A stretch of 31,440 bases of DNA from Candidatus Eiseniibacteriota bacterium (GTDB lineage Bacteria > Eisenbacteria > RBG-16-71-46). The notes below the pieces were generated by a model, which saw only the letters and a program-made list of their open reading frames with translations, searched no databases and had not been told where the DNA came from. The stretch is from NCBI GenBank assembly GCA_044222065.1, contig JBGAOA010000051.1, forward strand, positions 1-31,440, written 5' to 3'. The position numbers were made by a program, and so were the translations under genes. Below, piece after piece: positions 11,241-19,536 of the stretch (the stretch's first letter is position 1; the number at the start of each line of letters is the position of its first letter).

Positions 11241-12011
11241 TCAGGCCGGGATCGGGCTCAGGTGCGTGACGAGCCCGGTGCGCGCGTCCCAGGCGTGGAG
11301 CAGGCACGCGGGCGGTTCGTTCGAGATGCCGAGCGGCTCGCGTCGCGAGAGGTCGAGCGCGATCTGCATCGCGACCGACGGACAGATCATCGCGATCGCG
11401 CGATGGAGGCGTCGCTGCGCCGAGCGGTGGAAGTGCCCGCTCGTCACGCACTCGACCTGCGGGTGGCGCGCGATCACGTCCGCGAACGCATCCAGGTCCT
11501 CCAGCCCGAGGTCGTCGAGCGCCGGGATGCCGGTGCGGAACGGCGGATGGTGCATGAACACGAGCGTCGGCTTGCCGGGCTCCTCGCGCAGCCGCGCGTC
11601 GAGCCAGCCGAGCCGCGCGTCGCACAGCCTTCCCGACATCGCGCCCGGCACGTGGGTGTCGAGCGCGACGATCCGCACGGGACCCGATTCGACGACGTAC
11701 TGGACGAAGTCGTCCATCGCCGCGCGCCCCTGCGCGCCGAACGCCGCGCGCATCGCGGCGCGGTCGTCGTGGTTGCCCGGCACGACGTACCAGGGCATCG
11801 GCAGCGGGCGCATCCGCTCGCGAAAGTGCTCGTACTCGGCGGCCGTGCCGCCGTCCACGCAGTCGCCCGAGACGATCACGACGTCGGGCCGGAGCGAGAG
11901 CGTGAGCAGATGGCGCACCGCCGCGTCGAGGCGCGCGCCCGTCGCAAAGCGCGCGTCCGCGACGCCGCCGGGCAACGAGACGTGCGGATCGCTCAGCTGC
12001 GCGATGAGCAC
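11241..12011 (-). CDS. Metallophosphoesterase, CpdA/GpdQ-like phosphodiesterase
   Basis: IAQLSDPH, SGD, PGNHD, HHPP, GHFH calcineurin-like motifs; GTG start at 12011. Confidence 0.9.
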   Translation of the reverse strand: MLIAQLSDPHVSLPGGVADARFATGARLDAAVRHLLTLSLRPDVVIVSGDCVDGGTAAEYEHFRERMRPLPMPWYVVPGNHDDRAAMRAAFGAQGRAAMDDFVQYVVESGPVRIVALDTHVPGAMSGRLCDARLGWLDARLREEPGKPTLVFMHHPPFRTGIPALDDLGLEDLDAFADVIARHPQVECVTSGHFHRSAQRRLHRAIAMICPSVAMQIALDLSRREPLGISNEPPACLLHAWDARTGLVTHLSPIPA

Positions 12012-12015
12012 GGGC

Positions 12016-12528
12016 TCAGCGTTCCTTCGCGCCGGCCGCTTCGGCGCGCCGGACCCAGCGCGGCGGCTCCACGCCCGCGCGCCGCAGCTCAAGCTGGAGC
12101 TGCCCGGTGTGGTGCGCGACGTGGCGCAGGTTGTAGAGCAGCAGTTCCGCGTGCGTCAGGCCGAGCCTCGTGAAGCCGCTGCGCGAGCGAGCCGTCGGCT
12201 CGTCGAGCGCATCGAGCACCGCGTGGAGCTTCCGGCGCGCGCGCGCGAGGGCATCGAGCAGCTCGCGCTTCGTGTGGACGCGCGGCGGCAGGACGCCCGC
12301 CGGATCGAGCTCCTCGAGCCCGAACGGCGGCGGCGGCGCGTAGCCCTCGGGCGTCCCCGACAGGTAGTAGTCGAGCCAGAAGGCGGTGTGAGAGGCGACG
12401 TACCAGATGGATTGGAATCCGCGATCCTCGCTCCAGAGCCCATCGGGGCAGGCCTCGATCGCGCGCTCCAGCGCCTCGATCGCCGCTCCGAACTGCCCGC
12501 GCACCGAACTCACCCACAGGTTGAGCAT
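12016..12528 (-). CDS. DinB/YfiT-family protein
   Basis: WYVASHTAFWLDYY and RHVAHHTGQL His pattern; GGAGG SD before ATG 12528. Confidence 0.85.
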   Translation of the reverse strand: MLNLWVSSVRGQFGAAIEALERAIEACPDGLWSEDRGFQSIWYVASHTAFWLDYYLSGTPEGYAPPPPFGLEELDPAGVLPPRVHTKRELLDALARARRKLHAVLDALDEPTARSRSGFTRLGLTHAELLLYNLRHVAHHTGQLQLELRRAGVEPPRWVRRAEAAGAKER

Positions 12529-12656
12529 CGCGTCCCCTCCGGCGCCCGGCACCGCGCGCCCGCCGCACGATAGCCACTCGGGGTGCGAGCGGCCACCCGA
12601 CTCCACCGCCTCTCGCCGCTTCTCGGCGGCCCGCCCGCCCGCTATCCTGCCGCGCC

Positions 12657-13886
12657 ATGCTCAACTGGATCTGGGCCGCGTTCTTCCTCGTCGCGTTCGT
12701 CGCCGCGGTCGTGCAGGCGACCGTGTACGGGAAGCCCGACGTCTTCAAGGACGTCGTCGGCGCGCTGTTCGACTCGTCGAAGACCGGCTTCGAGATCGCG
12801 ATCGGCCTCACGGGCGTGATGAGCCTGTGGCTCGGCCTCATGCGCATCGGCGAGCGCGCGGGCGCGATCGAGGCGATCGCACGGATGTTTCGGCCGCTCT
12901 TCCGCCGCCTCTTCCCCGGCATCCCGGACGGCCACCCGGCCGCGGGCGCGATCGTGATGAACCTGTCCGCGAACGTGCTGGGGCTCGACAACGCGGCGAC
13001 GCCGCTGGGCCTGAAGGCGATGAAGGAACTGCAGACGCTCAACCGCGCGCCCGAGCGCGCGACCGACGAGATGATCCTCTTCATGGTGCTGAACGCTTCG
13101 TCGGTGACGGTGCTGCCGATGTCCATCTTCACGTTCCGCGCCCAGCTCGGCGCCGCCGATCCCACCGACGTCTTCGTCCCGATCCTGATCGCGACCTATT
13201 GCAGCACGATGGCCGGGCTGCTCGTCACCGCGGCCGTGCAGCGCATTCCGCTCTGGAACCGCGTCGTGATCGGCTGGCTCGCGCTGCTGACGGCGGTCGT
13301 CGGCGGACTCGTCGCCTACTTCGCGAACCTGCCCGCCGAGGCCGTGGGCCCGCAGTCGGGACTGCTCGCGAACGCGCTCCTGCTGCTCGTGATCCTCGGC
13401 TTCCTCGCCGCGGGCGCGCGCCGGAAGCTCCCGCTCTACGAGACGTTCATCGACGGCGCGAAGGAGGGCTTCCAGACCGCGATCGGCATCGTGCCCTACC
13501 TCGTCGCGATCCTCGTCGCGGTCGGAGCGCTGCGCGCCTCGGGCGCGCTCGACGCCGTGCTCGGCGCGATCCGCCACGCGGTCGCGGCCCTCGGGGCGGA
13601 CGCGCGCTGGGTGGACGCGATGCCGACGGCGCTCATCAAGCCGCTCTCGGGCGGCGGCGCGCGCGGGCTCATGGTCGAGACCATGAAGACGCTCGGCCCC
13701 GATTCGTTCGCGGGCCGGCTCGCCTGCACGATCCAGGGCAGCACCGAGACGACGTTCTACATCCTCGCCGTCTACTTCGGCTCGATCGGCGTCAAGAACA
13801 CGCGCCACGCGCTCGGGTGCGGGCTCGCGGCCGACCTCGCGGGCGTGCTCGGCGCGATCTTCGTCTGCTACCTGTTCTTCGGCTGA
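12657..13886 (+). CDS. Fused SpmA/SpmB (nucleoside recognition Gate domain) membrane protein
   Basis: MLNWIW, ANVLGLDNAATPLGLKAM (SpmA); FIDGAKEGF, KPLSGGGA, GSTETTFY (SpmB). Confidence 0.92.
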   Translation: MLNWIWAAFFLVAFVAAVVQATVYGKPDVFKDVVGALFDSSKTGFEIAIGLTGVMSLWLGLMRIGERAGAIEAIARMFRPLFRRLFPGIPDGHPAAGAIVMNLSANVLGLDNAATPLGLKAMKELQTLNRAPERATDEMILFMVLNASSVTVLPMSIFTFRAQLGAADPTDVFVPILIATYCSTMAGLLVTAAVQRIPLWNRVVIGWLALLTAVVGGLVAYFANLPAEAVGPQSGLLANALLLLVILGFLAAGARRKLPLYETFIDGAKEGFQTAIGIVPYLVAILVAVGALRASGALDAVLGAIRHAVAALGADARWVDAMPTALIKPLSGGGARGLMVETMKTLGPDSFAGRLACTIQGSTETTFYILAVYFGSIGVKNTRHALGCGLAADLAGVLGAIFVCYLFFG

Positions 13887-13896
13887 GGCCCCGCCC

Positions 13897-14865
13897 GTGC
13901 GACGCGCCGGTCCGTGGATGCTCGTCGCCGTGGGCGCGCTCGCGCTGCTGTTCTGGGCGCCCGACCGCATCGAGCCGCCGGTGCTGCGCCCGGCCGCGAG
14001 CTACCGCGAGGCGCTCGCACGCCTCGCGGCGCTGCGTTCGCGCGACTCGCTCGCGCTCACGCCCGGATGCAACACGAGCGCGTGGCTCACGGGCCGGCGT
14101 TCGAAGCGCGCGTTCGTGCTGCTGCACGGCATCACGAACTGTCCGCTCCAGTTCGCGAGCCTCGCCGGGCGGCTGCGCGACGGCGGCGACAACGTGGTCG
14201 TGCCGCGCGTTCCGTACCACGGCCTGCGCGACCGCATGACGGACCAACTCGCGCGGCTCGAGGCGGAAGACCTCGCGGCGCTCGTGATCGAGTGCGCGGG
14301 AATCGCGCGCGGGCTCGGCGACACGGTCGTCGTCGCGGGGCTCTCGACGAGCGGTGTCGCGGCCATCTGGGGCGCGCTCACCCCCGGCGCCGCCGACCGG
14401 GTCGTCGCGCTCGCGCCCGCGTTCGCGCCGCCGTGGAAGCCGGCGTGGCTCGCGCCGCTCTTCACGCGCCTCGCGCTGCGCCTGCCGAACGCGTTCGTGT
14501 GGTGGGACGACGAGGCGAAGGCGGAACTGCCGGGCCCCGGCCAGTGCTACCCGCGCTTCGCCACGCGCGCGATGGGGCAGGTCTACCGGCTCGGCGAGGA
14601 CGCGAACCGGAGGCTCGCCGCCGGCGCGTCCCTGCCGCGCGAGGTCGTGCTCGTCACGACGGCGGGCGATCGCGCGATCGACAACGTGCGGGTGCGCGCG
14701 CTGGCCGTGCGGGCGCGCGAGCGCGGCGCACGCGTGACCCTGTTCGAGTTCGCGGCGGCCGACAGCGTCGTGCACGACATGATCGACCCGTCCCAGATCG
14801 GCGAGCGCGTGGACGTCGTCTATCCGGTGCTGCTCCGACTGCTCCGGGGCGCGAGTCCGCGATGA
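13897..14865 (+). CDS. Alpha/beta hydrolase with N-terminal signal/anchor
   Basis: LLHGITNCP oxyanion region, GLSTSG nucleophile elbow, D and VHD triad candidates; start 13897 or 13918. Confidence 0.8.
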   Translation: MRRAGPWMLVAVGALALLFWAPDRIEPPVLRPAASYREALARLAALRSRDSLALTPGCNTSAWLTGRRSKRAFVLLHGITNCPLQFASLAGRLRDGGDNVVVPRVPYHGLRDRMTDQLARLEAEDLAALVIECAGIARGLGDTVVVAGLSTSGVAAIWGALTPGAADRVVALAPAFAPPWKPAWLAPLFTRLALRLPNAFVWWDDEAKAELPGPGQCYPRFATRAMGQVYRLGEDANRRLAAGASLPREVVLVTTAGDRAIDNVRVRALAVRARERGARVTLFEFAAADSVVHDMIDPSQIGERVDVVYPVLLRLLRGASPR

Positions 14866-14959
14866 GCGGAGTGCGTGCGGACCGCGGGGCGCGCCCGGCC
14901 GCGCGCTCGAGTCGCTCGGCCGCCGGGCCGAGGCGCGCGAGGCGCTCGCGCGCGACGGC

Positions 14960-15316
14960 TCAGCCGCGCGCGAGCGAGCCGCGGAACACGAAGTAGACCG
15001 CGCCGAGCACGCACAGCGCCGCCCACAGGTAGTCGAGGCGCGGGCGCTCCTGCAGGTACCACACCGAGAACGGCACGAACACGGCGAGCGTGATGACCTC
15101 CTGCAGGATCTTGAGCTGCGGCACGCTCAGGACGCGGTGCCCGATGCGGTTCGCCGGCACCTGCAGCAGGTACTCGAACAGCGCGATGCCCCACGACACG
15201 ATCGCGGCGAACAGCCACGGCTTGTCGCGCAGCCCCTTCAGGTGTCCGTACCACGCGAACGTCATGAACACGTTGCTCGCCGACAACAGCAGGATGGTCG
15301 TCCACTCGGGTCGCAT
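14960..15316 (-). CDS. DMT family small membrane protein (DUF486-like)
   Basis: SNVFMTFAWYGHLK, SWGIALFEY.LQVPANRIG, QLKILQEVITL. Confidence 0.92.
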   Translation of the reverse strand: MRPEWTTILLLSASNVFMTFAWYGHLKGLRDKPWLFAAIVSWGIALFEYLLQVPANRIGHRVLSVPQLKILQEVITLAVFVPFSVWYLQERPRLDYLWAALCVLGAVYFVFRGSLARG

Positions 15317-15333
15317 GCCGTGTCCTCCGGGTG

Positions 15334-15371
15334 AAAACGGCGGCGCCGCCCCGACGGGCGGGGCGGCGCCG
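15334..15371 (-). terminator. Putative intrinsic terminator after mdh
   Basis: 13-bp perfect GC stem (15341-15353/15359-15371) followed by CCGTTTT on the minus strand. Confidence 0.6.
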
Positions 15372-15385
15372 GACGAACGTTCGAC

Positions 15386-16324
15386 TCAGACGCTGACCGT
15401 GAGTTCCGCGATCATGTCGGCCACGTCCTTCGCAGACTTGTGGAGCGCGGCCTTGTCCTCGGCCGACAGCTCGAGCGTCACGATCTTCTCGACGCCCTTG
15501 CCGCCGAGCATCACGGGCACGCCGCAGAACATGCCGTTCAGACCGTACTCGCCCTCGAGCATCACGCTGCACGGCACGAGGCGCTTCGTGTCCGACAGGA
15601 TGGACTCGACCATCGAGACCGCGCTCATCGCAGGCGCGTAATAGGCCGAGCCGGTCTTCAGCAGCTTCACGATCTCGGCGCCACCGTCGCGCGTGCGCTG
15701 CACGATCGCCGCGAGCCGGTCCGCCGGGATCAGTTCCGCGACCGGGATACCCGAGACGGTCGTGTACTTCGTCACCGGCACCATCGAGTCGCCGTGGCCG
15801 CCGAGCACCATCGCGTCCACGTCCTCGCCCGACACGCCGAGTTCCATGCCGATGAAGGCGCGGAAGCGCGCGCTGTCGAGGATGCCCGCCATGCCGAGCA
15901 CGCGGTTCTTCGGGAAGCCCGTCGTCTTCCAGAACAGCCACGTCATCACGTCGAGCGGATTCGTCACGACGACGACGTAGGCGTTCGGCGCGTGCTGCTT
16001 CACGGCCTCGGCCGCGGGCCGCACGATGTCGGCGTTCGCCTTGAGCAGGTCGCTGCGCGACATGCCCGGCTTGCGCGGGAAGCCCGCCGTCATCACGACG
16101 ACGTCCGAGCCCTTCACGGCCGCGAGGTCCGTCGCGCCCTCGATCCTGCCGCCCTTGTGCCACAGCGGCGCGGCCTGCTGCATGTCGAGCGCCTTGCCCT
16201 GGGGCATGCCTTCCATCTCGGGACGGTCGATGAGCGTGACGTCCGCCAGTCCCCGCTCCGCGATGTAGAGCGCCGCGCTCGCGCCGACGTTGCCCGCACC
16301 GATCACGCTGACTTTGTACTTCAC
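15386..16324 (-). CDS. mdh: Malate dehydrogenase (LDH-like)
   Basis: VIGAGNVG, TAGFPRKPGMSRSDL, VTNPLD, LDSARF, GGHGD, KTGSAYYAPA; GTG start with GGAGG SD. Confidence 0.97.
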   Translation of the reverse strand: MKYKVSVIGAGNVGASAALYIAERGLADVTLIDRPEMEGMPQGKALDMQQAAPLWHKGGRIEGATDLAAVKGSDVVVMTAGFPRKPGMSRSDLLKANADIVRPAAEAVKQHAPNAYVVVVTNPLDVMTWLFWKTTGFPKNRVLGMAGILDSARFRAFIGMELGVSGEDVDAMVLGGHGDSMVPVTKYTTVSGIPVAELIPADRLAAIVQRTRDGGAEIVKLLKTGSAYYAPAMSAVSMVESILSDTKRLVPCSVMLEGEYGLNGMFCGVPVMLGGKGVEKIVTLELSAEDKAALHKSAKDVADMIAELTVSV

Positions 16325-16383
16325 GGTCCCCTCCGTTTCCGCGCGCCCCTGCGCGCATCCCTGGCTGCTTCCCGAAATTCGAA

Positions 16384-16421
16384 GCGCCACGCCACTCGGT
16401 GGGTTCCGAGCGGCGTGGCGC
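16384..16421 (-). terminator. Stem-loop after rpmA (likely terminator)
   Basis: 16-bp stem with one G-U pair and 6-nt loop on the minus strand, followed by TTCGAATTTC. Confidence 0.55.
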
Positions 16422-16457
16422 CGGTGTGATCGAAGCGCCGCTGAAAGCGCGGCGGTA

Positions 16458-16730
16458 CTAGTTGGACTCGGCGGCCGCCGCCGGAACCACGTGCACCTTG
16501 CTGCGCGTGCCCCGGAACGTGGTGAACTTCACGTGGCCGTCGATGAGCGCGAACAGCGTGTCGTCCTTCGCGAGTCCGACGTTGAGGCCCGGGAAGAACT
16601 TCGTGCCGCGCTGCCGCACGAGGATGCCGCCGGCGCGAACGAATTCGCCGCCGAAGCGCTTCACCCCCAGCCGCTGCGAATTCGACTCGCGGCCGTTCTT
16701 GGACGAGGACTGACCCTTCTTGTGAGCCAT
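16458..16730 (-). CDS. rpmA: 50S ribosomal protein L27
   Basis: [16 protein letters not shown]...RLGVK...RQRGTK. Confidence 0.99.
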   Translation of the reverse strand: MAHKKGQSSSKNGRESNSQRLGVKRFGGEFVRAGGILVRQRGTKFFPGLNVGLAKDDTLFALIDGHVKFTTFRGTRSKVHVVPAAAAESN

Positions 16731-16739
16731 GAATGCTCC

Positions 16740-17051
16740 CTAAGCCTTGATGCCGGTCACGCGAATCCGCGTGAGCTCGTCGCGATGGCCGCGGCGCTTG
16801 CGATACTCGCGGCGGCGCTTGAACTTGAACACGCGGATCTTCTCGCCGCGACGGTGTTCGAGCACTTCGGCGGTGACCGAGGCGCCCTTCACGTTCGGCT
16901 GGCCGACCGCGATCTTGTCGCCGTCGGCGAGCAGCATGACCTTGTCGAACGTGAGCTTCTGCCCCGGCTCGCCCGTGAGCCGGGCGACGTCGAGCACTTC
17001 GTCGGGCGTGACCTTGGTCTGCACACCGTTGATGTTGACGATGGCGTACAT
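16740..17051 (-). CDS. rplU: 50S ribosomal protein L21
   Basis: MYAIV...KIRVFKFKRR...GHR; AAGGAG SD before ATG 17051. Confidence 0.98.
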   Translation of the reverse strand: MYAIVNINGVQTKVTPDEVLDVARLTGEPGQKLTFDKVMLLADGDKIAVGQPNVKGASVTAEVLEHRRGEKIRVFKFKRRREYRKRRGHRDELTRIRVTGIKA

Positions 17052-17189
17052 CGGGACGTCATCTCCTTGCATGCCATGGAATCAGGCCCGTTCCTTCAGG
17101 CGGAGTCGGGCGCCGCCGGCGGCCCCCGCGTCGAGACGCGCGGGCGAGACGGCCGTTCGGCCGGTCCATGGGCGGAATTGGAACGCAGG

Positions 17190-17219
17190 TTTGTACCACG
17201 CGCCGAGTTGGAGGGTCAA
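17190..17219 (-). promoter_or_regulatory. Putative sigma-70 promoter of rplU-rpmA
   Basis: TTGACC, 18-bp spacer ending TGG, TACAAA. Confidence 0.5.
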
Positions 17220-17312
17220 GACGTGAAGCGGAGCGGCCTTCGGCCGGCCTCGCGCGACAATCGCGCCGCCATTCGGCATCCTGCCCGCGGACCTTTCACC
17301 CGAGGAGCCCCG

Positions 17313-17891
17313 ATGCGTCTCGATCTCCGTTGGGCGTGGCTCACGGCCGGCGTGCTCGCGGGTTGCGCGGCCGGCGGCGCGGTCGTGCCCGCAGCCCCGC
17401 CTGCCCCCAGCTCCCAGCTCGGCAGCCCGTTCGCGGACCACACCTCCCCGCTCACGACCGGCCTCGTCGTGCTCGACCGGAACGACTTCCGGCTCGGGAC
17501 GACGGTCGAGTTCCACCGCGTGCCGACCGCTCGCGAATTGCAGGACGCCACCCAGGTCGCGGCGGTCCAGCGGATCGTCGTCGTGCTCGCCGAGTGGCCG
17601 CGCAGCTACGGCGACCTGCAGGCGCTCGACCAGGTGCCGGCCGAGACCGAGTGCGTCGTGCTGCTGCCCGGTTATCCGCCGACGCGCGAGGCGGCGGAGG
17701 CGTGGAACCTCGTCTCGGCGCGCCTGCGACTCGTCGTGCTCGCCGACGGTCCGCCGCCGCACACCGGCGTCGTCGAGGATCTGAACCTGATGCGCGGGCT
17801 CGAGCGCGTGATCGCGACGCTCGCGAACCCGGCACGCACCGGGTTCGAACGCCTGCAGCGCCCGCTGTCGTTCCGGGTGATCGCCGACTGA
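17313..17891 (+). CDS. Hypothetical lipoprotein with 26-aa repeats
   Basis: GAGGAG SD, MRLDLRWAWLTAGVLAGC lipobox, Pro/Ala linker, coding-like codon pattern. Confidence 0.8.
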   Translation: MRLDLRWAWLTAGVLAGCAAGGAVVPAAPPAPSSQLGSPFADHTSPLTTGLVVLDRNDFRLGTTVEFHRVPTARELQDATQVAAVQRIVVVLAEWPRSYGDLQALDQVPAETECVVLLPGYPPTREAAEAWNLVSARLRLVVLADGPPPHTGVVEDLNLMRGLERVIATLANPARTGFERLQRPLSFRVIAD

Positions 17892-17906
17892 TCCGCCGAA
17901 ACGCGA

Positions 17907-17938
17907 GGGGGCGCCGCGCGTGTCGGCGCGGCGCCCCC
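17907..17938. terminator. Stem-loop between convergent lipoprotein and rne/rng genes
   Basis: 13-bp perfect stem GGGGGCGCCGCGC / GCGCGGCGCCCCC. Confidence 0.55.
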
Positions 17939-17960
17939 GCCGTTCGAAGCCGCGCCCGGC

Positions 17961-19505
17961 TCAGGTGCCCGGGACGGACCCGACGACCTGCGACGTGAGG
18001 TCCTGCTTCTTCTCGGTGTAGATCCGCATGTCGCCGCGCTTGAGCTGCGGATCGTCCTTGAGGTCGATCTGCAGCTTGAAGCGCTTCTCGAGCTCGGAGA
18101 AGCGCCGCGCCTCCTGTTCGACGAAGTACAGCGCGACTTCGGGCGACACCTTCACGGTGATGCGCTTCTGGCCCCCCATCGCCGCGACGCGCCGCATCGC
18201 GCGCTCGAGCTTCACGAGCATCGTCTCGTGGCTCGCCACCTTGCCGAGGCCGCCGCACGTCGGGCAGTCCTCGGTGTAGTAGTGGAGCAGCGACGAGCGC
18301 TCGCGCTGGCGGGTCATCTCGACGAGGCCGAGGTCCGAGACCGCGAACGCCTTCGTGCGCGCGCGGTCGTGACGCAATTCCTTGCGCAGTTCCTCGAGCA
18401 CAGCGCGCTTGTTCGCTTCGATCTCCATGTCGATGAAGTCGATCACGATGATGCCGCCGATGTCGCGCAGGCGGAGCTGGCGCGGGATCTCGCGCGCGGC
18501 CTCGAGGTTCGTGCGGAAGATCGTGTCTTCCTGGTTCTTCTTGCCCGTGAAGCGGCCGGTGTTGACGTCGATCGCGATCAGCGCCTCGGCGTGGTCGATG
18601 CAGATGTAGCCGCCCTTCTTGAGCCACACCTTGCGCTCGAACGTCTTCTCGATCTGCGTCTCGATGTTGAACGCGTCGAAGATCGGGTCGCGCCCCTTGT
18701 ACAGCTGGACGCGATCGCGCAGCTCGGGCGACGTGGACTTGAGGTAGTTCTGGATCTCCGAGAACGAGTCCTTGTCGTCGATGATCACTTCGGCGACGTC
18801 CTCGGTGAACAGGTCGCGGATCAGGCTCGCCGTGAGTTCCAGCTCGCGATGGACGAGCGCGGGCGCGCGGCTCGACGCCGCCTTGCGGTCGATCTTCGAC
18901 CACAGCTTGCCGAGGTGCTTGATGTCGGCGGCGAACTCGGGATCGCCCTTCCCCTCGCCCGCGGTGCGGGCGATGATCCCCACGCCCTTCGGCTTCAGGT
19001 CGTGGATGATCGCCTTGATGCGCTGCCGCTCGGTGCGCTCCTCGATGCGGCGCGACACGCCGACGTGGTCCACGCCCGGCATGAGCACGCAGAAGCGCCC
19101 CGGCAGGCTGACCTGCTGCGTGACGCGCGGCCCCTTCGTCCCGATCGACTCCTTCGTGATCTGGACGAGGATCTCCTGGCCCTTCTTGAGGTGGTCCTCG
19201 ATCTTGAGCGCGGGAGCCCGGCGCCGGCGCTTGTCGCCGTTCTCTTCGAGGTCGGAGATGTCCTCGAGCGCCGACAGGCCCTCGGCGAGGTCGGAGGCGT
19301 GCAGGAATCCGGTCTTCGGCAGCCCGAGGTCCACGAATGCGGCCTGCATGCCGGGCAGCACCGCGTTGACGCGGCCCTTGTAGATGTCGCCCACGTGGCG
19401 ACGGTGTTCCGCCCGCTCGACGAGCAGCTCCGCGAGTTCGTTGTCCTCGAGGATCGCGATGCGCGTCTCGTAAGCGTCGGCGTTGATGATGATGGACTTC
19501 TTCAC
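17961..19505 (-). CDS. Rne/Rng family ribonuclease (RNase G-length)
   Basis: GDIYKGRV..VLPGMQAAFVD, KGPRVT, IDVNTG, LRDIGGIIVIDFIDM, CPTCGGLG Zn-link; no long C-terminal scaffold. Confidence 0.96.
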   Translation of the reverse strand: MKKSIIINADAYETRIAILEDNELAELLVERAEHRRHVGDIYKGRVNAVLPGMQAAFVDLGLPKTGFLHASDLAEGLSALEDISDLEENGDKRRRRAPALKIEDHLKKGQEILVQITKESIGTKGPRVTQQVSLPGRFCVLMPGVDHVGVSRRIEERTERQRIKAIIHDLKPKGVGIIARTAGEGKGDPEFAADIKHLGKLWSKIDRKAASSRAPALVHRELELTASLIRDLFTEDVAEVIIDDKDSFSEIQNYLKSTSPELRDRVQLYKGRDPIFDAFNIETQIEKTFERKVWLKKGGYICIDHAEALIAIDVNTGRFTGKKNQEDTIFRTNLEAAREIPRQLRLRDIGGIIVIDFIDMEIEANKRAVLEELRKELRHDRARTKAFAVSDLGLVEMTRQRERSSLLHYYTEDCPTCGGLGKVASHETMLVKLERAMRRVAAMGGQKRITVKVSPEVALYFVEQEARRFSELEKRFKLQIDLKDDPQLKRGDMRIYTEKKQDLTSQVVGSVPGT

Positions 19506-19536
19506 GGGGTCCGTCCGTCCCCCGCGTCGCGCCTCC

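Noticed and set aside
16458..17051. Possible Prp protease / L27 N-terminal extension system
   Set aside because: rplU and rpmA are 9 bp apart and L27 starts MAHKKG with no extension.
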